Source: Psychrobacter sp. DM4 (GTDB lineage: Bacteria > Pseudomonadota > Gammaproteobacteria > Pseudomonadales > Moraxellaceae). From it: a stretch of DNA of 32,000 nucleotides. The position numbers and the translations under genes were made by a program. Within the stretch, counting starts at the first letter, position 1, and each line of letters opens with the position of its first letter. Under the pieces are notes generated by a model. The model was not told the DNA's origin. It was given only the letters and a program-made list of their open reading frames with translations, and made no database searches. Shown one piece after another: positions 9,441 to 17,700 of this stretch. The stretch spans positions 2,310,001 to 2,342,000 of the forward strand of contig NZ_CP195536.1 of NCBI RefSeq assembly GCF_051307035.1, written 5' to 3'.

Positions 9441-9490
9441 AAAAAAAGGCCTCACAACTTAATAAAAGTTGTGAGGCCTTCGTGCTTTTT
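9441..9490. terminator. Bidirectional rho-independent terminator between the DUF962 gene and tRNA-Gly
   Basis: Perfect 15-bp stem AAGGCCTCACAACTT (9446-9460) / AAGTTGTGAGGCCTT (9466-9480) with a 5-nt loop, an A8 tract upstream and a T-rich tract downstream. Confidence 0.85.
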
Positions 9491-9501
9491 CAAGCCATAT
9501 T

Positions 9502-9576
9502 TGGAGCGGGAAAAGAGATTCGAACTCTCGACCCCAACCTTGGCAAGGTTATGCTCTACCACTGAGCTATTCCCGC
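9502..9576 (-). tRNA. tRNA-Gly (anticodon GCC), CCA encoded
   Basis: The reverse complement GCGGGAATAGCTCAGTGGTAGAGCATAACCTTGCCAAGGTTGGGGTCGAGAGTTCGAATCTCTTTTCCCGCTCCA folds as a cloverleaf. It has a 7-bp acceptor stem, GCTC/GAGC D stem, TAACC/GGTTG anticodon stem with loop TTGCCAA, and a TTCGAAT T-loop. Confidence 0.97.
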
Positions 9577-9624
9577 ATAATCAAAACGTAGTAGCGTGAA
9601 CTATTACCTCTCGATAGGCTGGCT

Positions 9625-9652
9625 ATTTTAGCAACTATCCTGCTCATGTCAA
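9625..9652 (-). promoter_or_regulatory. Candidate sigma70 promoter for tRNA-Gly
   Basis: On the minus strand there is TTGACA (9652-9647), a 16-nt spacer, and TAAAAT (9630-9625), about 45 nt upstream of the tRNA 5' end. Confidence 0.45.
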
Positions 9653-10078
9653 CCGCTATTTTGGCTTTTAACAGCAAAGATAAGCACACAAAGGCTATCT
9701 GCCATACTCACTCATTAGCAGGACATTGATTCTAAAGTTAATTGTGTCATTGTCTGCACTCTCATACCCTTACTATTTTTCAAGTTATTAAGCTCACTAC
9801 TGGTAAGTATTGTTCTGCTAAATGTTGCCTGTAACCTTCTTGTAGCGCTTTTGCTTACAGTGCTACTTATTAATGTTACTTATGTCATATTACATTTAAG
9901 GGTAAACCCTTATTATACTCAGTCTATATTTTTTATTTTTAGTCGGCTTGACTTTTGCTATGCTTAGTTTGCTTTAGATTAGCATTGGCATATAGCGAGT
10001 TAATTGAATCTTATCTATTTAAGCTTTGTACCATTTTATATCAATACCATTTTTTATTTAGTTTTGAGGATTACTCTT

Positions 10079-10891
10079 ATGAAAAGATTACTGACGACAA
10101 CTATTATGGCAGCATCGTTATCTGGCCTTGCGCTAACAGGTTGTACGAGCACAACTAACAGCGGCGCGGTCGGTGTTGATCGACAGCAGCTATTACTAGT
10201 GTCAAACGAGCAAGTATTGCAAATGTCAGCGCAGAGCTATGCTAAGACGTTGCAAGATGCCAAAAAAGCTAGAGTACTTGATACCAATAGAGCACAGCTC
10301 AATCGTCTAAAGAACATCTCTAATCGTTTGATTTCTCAAGTGGGCGTTTATCGTCCAGACGCGGCCAAGTGGAATTGGGAAGTCCATACAATCAAATCGA
10401 ACCAGCTCAATGCCTTTGTTATGCCAGGCGGCAAAATCATGTTCTATTCAGGCATCATTGATCGCTTAAATTTAACCGATGATGAAATTGCTGCCATTAT
10501 GGGACATGAGATATCACATGCCCTACGTGAGCACTCGCGCGAGCGTCTTTCACGCCAGTATGCGACTCAGACAGGTATCGGTGTCGCAGCTAGTATCTTT
10601 GGTCTATCGCAAGGTCAAGCGCAAATCGCTAACGTTGCAGGTGACCTTGGTTTGAGTCGTCCGCACAGTCGTACCCAAGAGAGCGAGGCGGACCAGATCG
10701 GTCTTGAGCTCATGGCACGTGCAGGTTACAACCCGCAAGCAGCGATTACGCTATGGCAAAAAATGCAACGCGCCAGCCAAGGCGAGCCGCCGCAGTTCTT
10801 AAGCACTCACCCAACAAGTGGCAATCGTATTGCCGAAATACAATCTCTACTACCAAGAGTAATGCCGCTGTATCAAAAGTCGCGTCGTTAG
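10079..10891 (+). CDS. M48-family zinc metallopeptidase lipoprotein (LoiP/YcaL-like)
   Basis: ATG at 10079 with GAGGA 8 nt upstream. It has the lipobox LALTGC, the HEISH zinc motif (MGHEISHALREH) and a downstream ESEADQIG glutamate. Confidence 0.85.
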   Translation: MKRLLTTTIMAASLSGLALTGCTSTTNSGAVGVDRQQLLLVSNEQVLQMSAQSYAKTLQDAKKARVLDTNRAQLNRLKNISNRLISQVGVYRPDAAKWNWEVHTIKSNQLNAFVMPGGKIMFYSGIIDRLNLTDDEIAAIMGHEISHALREHSRERLSRQYATQTGIGVAASIFGLSQGQAQIANVAGDLGLSRPHSRTQESEADQIGLELMARAGYNPQAAITLWQKMQRASQGEPPQFLSTHPTSGNRIAEIQSLLPRVMPLYQKSRR

Positions 10892-10912
10892 TACGGCGCA
10901 GGTAATAGATTA

Positions 10913-10951
10913 AAAAAGGCAGAGTGTCATATGTATGTGCTCTGCTTTTTT
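10913..10951 (+). terminator. Probable rho-independent terminator after the M48 gene
   Basis: aaaaaagGCAGAG...CTCTGCttttttat: a 6-bp stem with a rather large loop, followed by T6. Confidence 0.5.
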
Positions 10952-11069
10952 ATGTCTTTTAGTCTCTTGTCCTACTGTCTTTACCTATACCGATGTCTGT
11001 TATAATGACGTGAACATGACCTAATTTTTATCACTTGTTTTTATGGCTTACTGTCATTAAAGGATCGCT

Positions 11070-11411
11070 ATGAGTAATTTGATTTCTAATGATGCGCCAG
11101 TAGCCTCGGCACTCACAATGGCGTTACAGACCTTACATCCTGATTATCTTGAGCTGGTTAATGAATCGATGAATCATGCAGGCTACTTTGAAGGCAAAGA
11201 GAGTCATTTTAAGCTGACACTCGTTAGTGAGGCGTTTAACGGTAAGCGCTTGGTCACGCGTCATCAGTTGGTATACGAAGCCGTGGCAGAGTTACTAACC
11301 TCAAAAGGTGGTAGCGTACATGCTTTGGCTATTCATGCTTATATTCCTAGTGAGTGGCAGGCTCAAGGACGCAGTCCTGATAGCCCTCTATGTGCTGGAC
11401 AAAACCAATAA
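11070..11411 (+). CDS. bolA: BolA-family protein
   Basis: AAGGA RBS. The BolA signature is HFKLTLVSEAFNGKRLVTRHQLVYEAV...VHALAIHAYIPSEW. Confidence 0.8.
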   Translation: MSNLISNDAPVASALTMALQTLHPDYLELVNESMNHAGYFEGKESHFKLTLVSEAFNGKRLVTRHQLVYEAVAELLTSKGGSVHALAIHAYIPSEWQAQGRSPDSPLCAGQNQ

Positions 11412-11459
11412 CACTGTCTTATTCACTATAAAGTATCGCAGTTAGGGAAACCCTATACA

Positions 11460-11819
11460 ATGAAACATCTACATACGCTATTGGCACTGATCGTTATCGG
11501 ACTGTTTATCTATCAAAGTATTCTAGTGTTAAGCGCCAACAGACAAGCGCCGCGCGTCATCAAAATTGCCAATCATATTGTCTACGCCCTAATTATCGTC
11601 TCGGGTGCTTGGATGCTCATGCAATTAATGAGTGTTAATGCTCCCGTGCAATGGGTCTTTGCCAAGATTATATTGCTATTAGCTGCTATCAGCGCGAGTG
11701 TAAAGGCGTTCAAACCTGACGCAACTTCTAGTCAAAGCAAGGTCGGTATCGTTATCGCTGGTATTGCCTATGCCAGTATCGTAACTTTGGCTTATACCAA
11801 ACCTGAGAACTTCTTTTAG
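11460..11819 (+). CDS. Small four-helix membrane protein, SirB2/YchQ-like
   Basis: 119 aa with four predicted TM helices and an N-terminal MKHLH motif reminiscent of the SirB family. The family assignment is from memory only. Confidence 0.6.
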   Translation: MKHLHTLLALIVIGLFIYQSILVLSANRQAPRVIKIANHIVYALIIVSGAWMLMQLMSVNAPVQWVFAKIILLLAAISASVKAFKPDATSSQSKVGIVIAGIAYASIVTLAYTKPENFF

Positions 11820-11981
11820 TACTTAATCTTTCTTTTAGTACTTATCTAAAGTGATCGTGACGCCTAGATATCAGAATATAGACCCTTGGTTACATTGTTA
11901 TTGCTATCTACAACTATCCGTTTTATAGTAATACAATCAATTAGATACCTATCTTTAGCATTTAGACTTAAGCCTACTGGA

Positions 11982-12389
11982 ATGACTATGAAAACTTTGA
12001 CCGCATCAACACTATTGGCAGCAACTAGTATGCTTACCTTGGCAGGTTGTGCTGCTACTGGTAGTATTACTCCGCAATATGTCCCGCCTAACACGTATCA
12101 AAGCTATGACTGTCAATCACTCAGCCAGGAGTACGCGCGCGTTGAACGCTATGTAGATGCTGCGCTCAATGAGCAGTCCACTTTTTCGGCATCTGGTGTT
12201 GGCGTTGGTATATCAGCAGGACGCTGGGGTATCTCACCTAATATCAGTTTTGGCGTTGGTAGAAGCAACGATAAAAAAGTGCGCAATGCCAAGTTATCTA
12301 GGCTTTACGGTGAAGCTGATGCTATCATCCAGTCCGCGCGCGTTAAGCGCTGTAGCTTTGCCAACGGCATAAAAATATACGGTGAGTAA
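11982..12389 (+). CDS. Hypothetical lipoprotein
   Basis: Signal peptide with lipobox LTLAGC, starting from the ATG at 11982 (or 11988). The upstream part of the track ORF (TTG at 11886) is not signal-like. Confidence 0.7.
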   Translation: MTMKTLTASTLLAATSMLTLAGCAATGSITPQYVPPNTYQSYDCQSLSQEYARVERYVDAALNEQSTFSASGVGVGISAGRWGISPNISFGVGRSNDKKVRNAKLSRLYGEADAIIQSARVKRCSFANGIKIYGE

Positions 12390-12418
12390 TTAAGTAAAGC
12401 ACTTCTTGTCTAAAGTAA

Positions 12419-12454
12419 GAAAAGCCAATACGCGATTAACGTATTGGCTTTTTT
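12419..12454. terminator. Bidirectional rho-independent terminator (lipoprotein gene / trxC)
   Basis: GCCAATACG (12424-12432) / CGTATTGGC (12440-12448), a 9-bp stem with a 7-nt loop, flanked by an A-tract and T6. Confidence 0.8.
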
Positions 12455-12500
12455 AGTTGTGAGAGACTACTTATATACAATAACAGTAAGCGAATTAGAG

Positions 12501-12932
12501 CTATAGACCACTTACCCATTGTACAATTTGACCCGTTGGTAGCGCACCGGATTGACGAGCTACCTCTTTACCGCCTCTAAAAGCGACCATCGTCGGTAGA
12601 CTGCGGATATTATAAGGCGCTGCCGCTTGCTCATATTTATCAGTTTGAATTTTTGCAAACACCACTTCTGGTAATTGTTTGGCGGCTTCTTTAAAACTAG
12701 GCGCCATCATCAGGCACGGCTGACACCAGCTTGCCCAAAAATCTACAATCGTTAATATATCGTTTTTTTGAATGACTTTATTAACGGTTCGACCTGTGAG
12801 CTCTTGAGGACTTGCGGTTAGTAGTGGCTGACTACATTTGCCGCACTTAGCCTCATCACTTAAACGCTCAGCTGGCAGACGATTGGTCGCTTGACAACGC
12901 GGACAGACGATATAAAAGCTTTCTGTGCTCAT
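12501..12932 (-). CDS. trxC: Thioredoxin 2 (TrxC-type, N-terminal zinc finger) with non-canonical CQPC active site
   Basis: AGGAG RBS. It has the N-terminal CPRC...CGKC zinc-binding pair, a thioredoxin fold with the active site WASWCQPC, and the cis-Pro context SLPT. Confidence 0.9.
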   Translation of the reverse strand: MSTESFYIVCPRCQATNRLPAERLSDEAKCGKCSQPLLTASPQELTGRTVNKVIQKNDILTIVDFWASWCQPCLMMAPSFKEAAKQLPEVVFAKIQTDKYEQAAAPYNIRSLPTMVAFRGGKEVARQSGALPTGQIVQWVSGL

Positions 12933-13040
12933 ATAAACTCCTAGTTTACTATTTTAGACAATCTCAATCAGCGTATGCTCTGAGAGCACTGAACCGATCT
13001 AATTCATAGCGATTTTAGCACGGTTGCTCACACTTATCGT

Positions 13041-13661
13041 CTAAACGGCTTGATGTGCTGAGCCACTGTATACATAAGTCATCGGTCGCGGACCAGGTAG
13101 ATATTCAGCAGTCAAGTCATCGATAACAAATCCACCTGCTCGAATGAGTGCTGGTATATCACGATCCAAATGGCAGCCGCCGGCCATGGGCTTCCAAAAT
13201 GGTGTCAGTCGATGCTGCCAACGCTCAACAGTAGGATCTGGTGCTAGGCCATGCTCACAAAATAACAGTCGACCATTGGGCTTTAACACGCGCGCCATCT
13301 CTTTAAGCGCAGGCAGCGGATCTTTGATACTACAGAGCGTAAAGGTCATAACGATAGTATCAAAACGATCCGTTTCGGCAGCGATACCCTGCACATCTAC
13401 GGCCAGCACCTCGACAGGGATACTGATATCAGCAGCACGCTCACGTGCCAGCGTTTGCATTTGCGCCGCTGGGTCAACACCGATGATAGTAGACACTTTA
13501 TCAGCATCATAAAACGCTAAGTTAAGTCCGCTACCAAGCCCAATCTCTAACACCTCACCTACTGATTGAGGGACTATGCTGGCACGCGCTTTCATTACAT
13601 TGCCTGTACTACAGGCCATATCTATCATCTTTGGTAGCACATAGCGCTCATACGGATTCAT
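13041..13661 (-). CDS. Class I SAM-dependent methyltransferase
   Basis: Motif I VLEIGLGSGLN plus post-I/II/III blocks (GVDPA, DTIVMTFTLCS, LKPNGRLLF). The ATG at 13661 has GGAGAG 4 nt upstream. The track TTG at 13673 is itself part of that RBS. Confidence 0.85.
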   Translation of the reverse strand: MNPYERYVLPKMIDMACSTGNVMKARASIVPQSVGEVLEIGLGSGLNLAFYDADKVSTIIGVDPAAQMQTLARERAADISIPVEVLAVDVQGIAAETDRFDTIVMTFTLCSIKDPLPALKEMARVLKPNGRLLFCEHGLAPDPTVERWQHRLTPFWKPMAGGCHLDRDIPALIRAGGFVIDDLTAEYLPGPRPMTYVYSGSAHQAV

Positions 13662-13734
13662 TACGCTCTCCAATTATATAAATGATAAGGCTTCTAATAG
13701 AGCACTTCATAAAAACACAGCATAATTTGGCTTA

Positions 13735-14610
13735 TTATTCAAATGCTTTGGCGTTGATAGGTACTTTGAGATAGCGTACGCCATTGTCTTCAGGATCTGG
13801 AAAGTGACCTGCGTCGATATTGACTTGAACCGAGGGAATAATCAGACGCGGCATATCTAGCGTAGCATCACGGCGCTCACGCATCTCTACGAACTCAGCT
13901 TCATTAATACCGTCTTTGACATGGATATTACCCAGTTTTTGCGCGGCAACAGTCGTTGAGGGGCAATGCTTGCGACCTTGGCTTGGGTAGTCATGACACA
14001 GGTACATCATCGTATCTCCATCAAGCGCTAATAGCTTTTGGATCGACTGATATAGAGTTTTGGCATCACCACCAGGAAAATCACAGCGCGCCGTACCAAC
14101 ATCAGGGGCAAATATAGTATCCCCCGTGAATACCGCTGACTTTTCATCATCCGTTGCCACATAAGCCATGTCAGCTGGCGTATGACCGGGTACGTGCATG
14201 ACGCTAATATTGATATCACCCAAAGTCAAAATGGTGTCTTCATCTGTTAAGATATCGAATTGGCTGGCGTCCGTGCGAAAGCTAGTATCAAAGTTATAGA
14301 CTTGCTTAAATATCTTTTGCACGTCGGTGATATATTTACCGATAACCAACTGCCCGCCCAGCATCTCTTTGACATGTATTGCAGCTGACAGGTGATCGGC
14401 GTGAGCGTGGGTCTCGATAATATAAACTAATTTCCAACCTTTTGTGCGGACGAACTCAATGACCTCATCGACGCTAGTGGTATCGCTAAAACCAGACTTG
14501 GCATCAAAATCTAACACAGGATCGATAATGGCACATAGGTTGTGTTTGGTATCTGCCAATACATGACTATAGGTCTCAGTATCTTGGTGCAAAAAAGAAT
14601 GAACTTGCAT
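13735..14610 (-). CDS. MBL-fold metallo-hydrolase, type-II persulfide dioxygenase-like (PDO2/ETHE1 relative)
   Basis: THAHADH metal motif, HVPGHTP, GDTIF and GTARCDFPGG blocks, and a ~60-aa C-terminal extension (RDATLDMPRLIIPSVQVN), as in ~290-aa proteobacterial PDO2 enzymes. It is divergent from a YgaV/BigR-like regulator. Confidence 0.75.
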   Translation of the reverse strand: MQVHSFLHQDTETYSHVLADTKHNLCAIIDPVLDFDAKSGFSDTTSVDEVIEFVRTKGWKLVYIIETHAHADHLSAAIHVKEMLGGQLVIGKYITDVQKIFKQVYNFDTSFRTDASQFDILTDEDTILTLGDINISVMHVPGHTPADMAYVATDDEKSAVFTGDTIFAPDVGTARCDFPGGDAKTLYQSIQKLLALDGDTMMYLCHDYPSQGRKHCPSTTVAAQKLGNIHVKDGINEAEFVEMRERRDATLDMPRLIIPSVQVNIDAGHFPDPEDNGVRYLKVPINAKAFE

Positions 14611-14740
14611 GGTTACCTCTCTAATTGTTTGCTCTATCTATTTTTGGATAAAGGGAATAGAAAGAATATAGCAGTTAGCATACAATTTATCAATTTATAT
14701 AATGTTAATAATAATAACTTGATAACCTTCATTAAATCAT

Positions 14741-14760
14741 GAATACTTTACTAAGTATTC
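14741..14760. promoter_or_regulatory. Candidate operator: perfect 8-4-8 inverted repeat in the pdo <> regulator intergenic region
   Basis: GAATACTT-tact-AAGTATTC lies centrally in the 321-bp AT-rich divergent control region. ArsR/SmtB-family repressors typically bind AT-rich inverted repeats of this size. Confidence 0.35.
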
Positions 14761-14931
14761 TGATACTTGTGGATATCTATCTACACTAAGGTCTTATCTT
14801 ATAGCCAATGTTAGATATATATTTGCTAAGGATAGATAATAGATTGGTCCTGCACGTTTTAATGTTGAGTGTTAAAATACTTGCTTACAACCATTTATAG
14901 CATTACTTTAATAACCGCGATTCATTTCGCG

Positions 14932-15312
14932 ATGCTTTTCTCTAAGGAGATCACTCTGACCACTTCTACCCCAGCCACAGCCTCGAATGATACAGATATC
15001 GTGCCAGCCAATTTAGCGACGCAGATGCAAGCGGCCTCAAAACAGGCGAGTAAACTGCTCAAATCGCTCTCGCATCCTGATCGATTATTATTGTTGTGTC
15101 AGCTTACCCAAGGAGAATACTGTGTCGGTGATCTAGAGCAACTGGTCGGTGTGGGTCAGCCAAGCCTATCGCAGCAGCTGGGTATTTTGCGTAAAGACGA
15201 GTTAGTCGCCACGCGTCGTGAGGGCAAGCAAATCTACTACAGTATCGCAAGCGATGATGCTTTGGCAGTATTACAGCTACTTTATCAGCGTTTTTGTGCG
15301 CCGGCAGAGTAG
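14932..15312 (+). CDS. ArsR/SmtB-family regulator of the YgaV/BigR/SqrR (persulfide-sensing) type
   Basis: LLKSLSHPDRLLLLCQL...QPSLSQQLGILRKDELV...LLYQRFCAP closely parallels E. coli YgaV (LLKAMSHPKRLLILCML...NVYCP), including both sensing cysteines. The start is uncertain: ATG 14932 (no SD), CTG 14956 (AAGGAG 6 nt upstream) or ATG 15025. Confidence 0.8.
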   Translation: MLFSKEITLTTSTPATASNDTDIVPANLATQMQAASKQASKLLKSLSHPDRLLLLCQLTQGEYCVGDLEQLVGVGQPSLSQQLGILRKDELVATRREGKQIYYSIASDDALAVLQLLYQRFCAPAE

Positions 15313-15372
15313 ATCAATATAGTTTGTAGAGGTTGCCTTTTTAACCGAAATTCGATGTGATGACCTGCTAAT

Positions 15373-17112
15373 ATGCCCTCTCTTGCCACTCGTCTCATTC
15401 CAGACTGGTTACGTCAATACCAATTAGCAGCCTTACCTACGGATGTTATCGCAGGCTTAGTCGTCGGTGTGCTCGTCATTCCGCAAAGTCTCGGTTATGC
15501 CGTGTTGGCAGGATTGCCACCGGTATATGGTCTGTATGCAGCCATCGTGCCTGTTATCGTCTACGCTTGGTTAGGATCGAGCAATGTACAGGCGGTTGGA
15601 CCCGTCGCTATTACCGCTATTATGACGGCTAGTAGCTTACATGCCTATGCCGACCGCGGCGCTGAGCACTATATCTTGATGGCAAGCTTGCTCGCTTTTA
15701 TGGTTGGGGCGTTGCTGTGGATAGCAGGACGGCTAAAACTTGGCTGGATCATGCAGTTCATTAGTCGCGGTGTGTCAGCGGGGTTTATTAGCGGGGCGGC
15801 AGTCCTTATCTTTGTGAGCCAGCTCAAATATTTAACAGCGATACCGATAACAGGTAACAGCCTAATTGGTTACTTATCGAGTATGCAGCTGTATATATAC
15901 CTATTGCATCCTTTAACGCTTGTCATTGGTGTTGTCGCTTTTATCCTTTTGGTCAGTAACCGCTACGCTAGCAAATGGCTATGGCGCTCTTGGTTATCAG
16001 CGAATTATGCCAAGTGGGCTGAGCGCTTATTTCCGCTAATTTTATTGATTGTCGCCATTTTACTTAGCCTGCTCTTGAACTGGTCAACGCGAGATGTCGC
16101 TACTATCGGTAGTATTCCTCAAGGGCTACCAACATTTATCATACCGCATGTGCCAAGCTTTCAAGAAGCGCTTGAGCTGTTACCCGCCGCAGGATTGATG
16201 GCGCTTATTGTCTTTGTCTCTAGCAGCTCAGTGGCGAGCATTTACGCTCGCAGGCGCGGCGAGACATTTGATGCCAATCGTGAGCTGACAGGGTTAGGAC
16301 TGGCTAATTTGGCAGGTGGTTTGTTTCAGAGCTTTACGGTTGCAGGTGGGTTTTCTCGTACGGCTATCAATGTAGATTCAGGTGCCAAAACGCCACTTGC
16401 AAGCCTCGTCACAGTCATCGTTATGGTTGCTGCGTTGATTGCTTTTAGCGAGGCATTAGCGCCTCTACCCTATGCGATTTTGGGCGCGACGATCATGGCC
16501 TCTATCGTTGGGCTGATTGACTTTGCTACCCTACAGTCTGCGCGAAAGCGTGACCGTTTGGATGCAGTTAGTTTTATCGCCGCCTTTATCGGAGTGCTCA
16601 TATTTGGTCTTAACACCGGTCTGATTATAGGTCTGATGGTCTCTTTTGCCAGTCTCATATGGCAGTCCAGCCAGCCTCATGTCGCAGTTGTTGGACAATT
16701 AGGAGATACAGGACATTTTCGCAATATTAATCGCCATGATGTGGTAACTTTTGAGCGATTGCTGATGCTGCGTATCGATGAGAGTTTATTCTTTGGTAAC
16801 ACCGAATCGGTTCATCGGCGCATCTTACAGTCCGTACGGCAGTATCCACAGGCCTGTGAGATTATTCTCATGATGGCAGCGGTCAATCATATTGATCTGA
16901 CCGCTCAAGAGATGCTAATGACTTTGACCCGAGAGCTTACGGTACAAGATAAGCGCTTGCACTTTAGCTTCGTCAAGGGACCTGTTATGGATATCATCGG
17001 TGATACTCCAGTTATCACCGAGTTATCAGGGCAGGTATTTATGAGTACCTTAGAGGCTGTTAATACTCTAAAGAATGAATTGCCGAGTACCACGCACTCC
17101 TATCTGTCTTAA
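15373..17112 (+). CDS. SulP-family anion transporter with C-terminal STAS domain
   Basis: 579 aa. It has SulP N-terminal blocks (DVIAGLVVGVLVIPQSLGYAVLAGLPPVYGLYA) and about 11 TM helices. The C-terminal STAS-like domain reads LRIDESLFFGN...NHIDLTAQEML. Confidence 0.9.
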   Translation: MPSLATRLIPDWLRQYQLAALPTDVIAGLVVGVLVIPQSLGYAVLAGLPPVYGLYAAIVPVIVYAWLGSSNVQAVGPVAITAIMTASSLHAYADRGAEHYILMASLLAFMVGALLWIAGRLKLGWIMQFISRGVSAGFISGAAVLIFVSQLKYLTAIPITGNSLIGYLSSMQLYIYLLHPLTLVIGVVAFILLVSNRYASKWLWRSWLSANYAKWAERLFPLILLIVAILLSLLLNWSTRDVATIGSIPQGLPTFIIPHVPSFQEALELLPAAGLMALIVFVSSSSVASIYARRRGETFDANRELTGLGLANLAGGLFQSFTVAGGFSRTAINVDSGAKTPLASLVTVIVMVAALIAFSEALAPLPYAILGATIMASIVGLIDFATLQSARKRDRLDAVSFIAAFIGVLIFGLNTGLIIGLMVSFASLIWQSSQPHVAVVGQLGDTGHFRNINRHDVVTFERLLMLRIDESLFFGNTESVHRRILQSVRQYPQACEIILMMAAVNHIDLTAQEMLMTLTRELTVQDKRLHFSFVKGPVMDIIGDTPVITELSGQVFMSTLEAVNTLKNELPSTTHSYLS

Positions 17113-17289
17113 ATCGATACCGGCTATTGCTGTCTACTACCGAATGCCGTTATGATGACTCATTGTCAAAGCTCATGTACTCACAACGGTCAAAAAGGCA
17201 GCTACAATAAGACGAGCATCCATACATGAGCCTTGACTGTTACCACGACTTTAGATACCTTTCACACAAGAGTTTATAATTGACTATTT

Positions 17290-17616
17290 ATGACCGATGA
17301 TCTCACTATCTACAAGCAAATCTATCCCAGCCAATGCATCAAGATTGCAGAGCTTGGCTATCGCTCCGTGCTCAACATACGTCCTGATGCTGAGAGTGAC
17401 ACTCAGCCCAATAGCTGTGATTTTGCGACGGCTACCGCACAGGCTGATCTGACTTATCATTATCTACCTTTTGATGATGAGCGCCTAAGTACTATGACGG
17501 TTAAGCAATTTGCCGCCTTTTATCATGCTATGCCTAAGCCTATTTTAATGTTCTGTGGTACAGGCGCGCGCGCTAAATTGCTGTATCAAAGCGCACTGAT
17601 GCAAGGCTTGCTATAA
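17290..17616 (+). CDS. DUF442 (TIGR01244-type, PTP-like sulfur-transferase domain) protein, paralog 1
   Basis: 108 aa. It has the NIRPDAE...QP block and a Cys loop FCGTGARA (C-x-T-G-x-R). There is no obvious SD. Confidence 0.7.
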   Translation: MTDDLTIYKQIYPSQCIKIAELGYRSVLNIRPDAESDTQPNSCDFATATAQADLTYHYLPFDDERLSTMTVKQFAAFYHAMPKPILMFCGTGARAKLLYQSALMQGLL

Positions 17617-17700
17617 TCTTTGGAAATCTAAATACAGTACAAAAGATATGACCAAAGCTATCAAAAAGTTCATTTAACCAAAATACAATTAGGAATAATT

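Noticed and set aside
9441-10078. tRNA-Gly as an integration hotspot, plus a ~500-bp non-coding stretch next to it
   Set aside because: There is no second copy of the tRNA 3' end anywhere in the window, no integrase or phage genes, and the flanking genes look like core genes. The long spacer holds the tRNA promoter and the M48 promoter, and nothing else I can support.
12976-12988. 6-1-6 palindrome TGCTCT-g-AGAGCA about 45 bp upstream of trxC
   Set aside because: It is short, has no second copy in the window, and I recognise no matching regulator motif. It is kept only as a note.
17171-17231. 9-bp inverted repeat GCTCATGTA / TACATGAGC in the sulP-DUF442 spacer
   Set aside because: The arms are 43 nt apart with no supporting pairing in between and no T-tract, so it is not a convincing terminator or attenuator. 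It may be chance or a weak mRNA structure.
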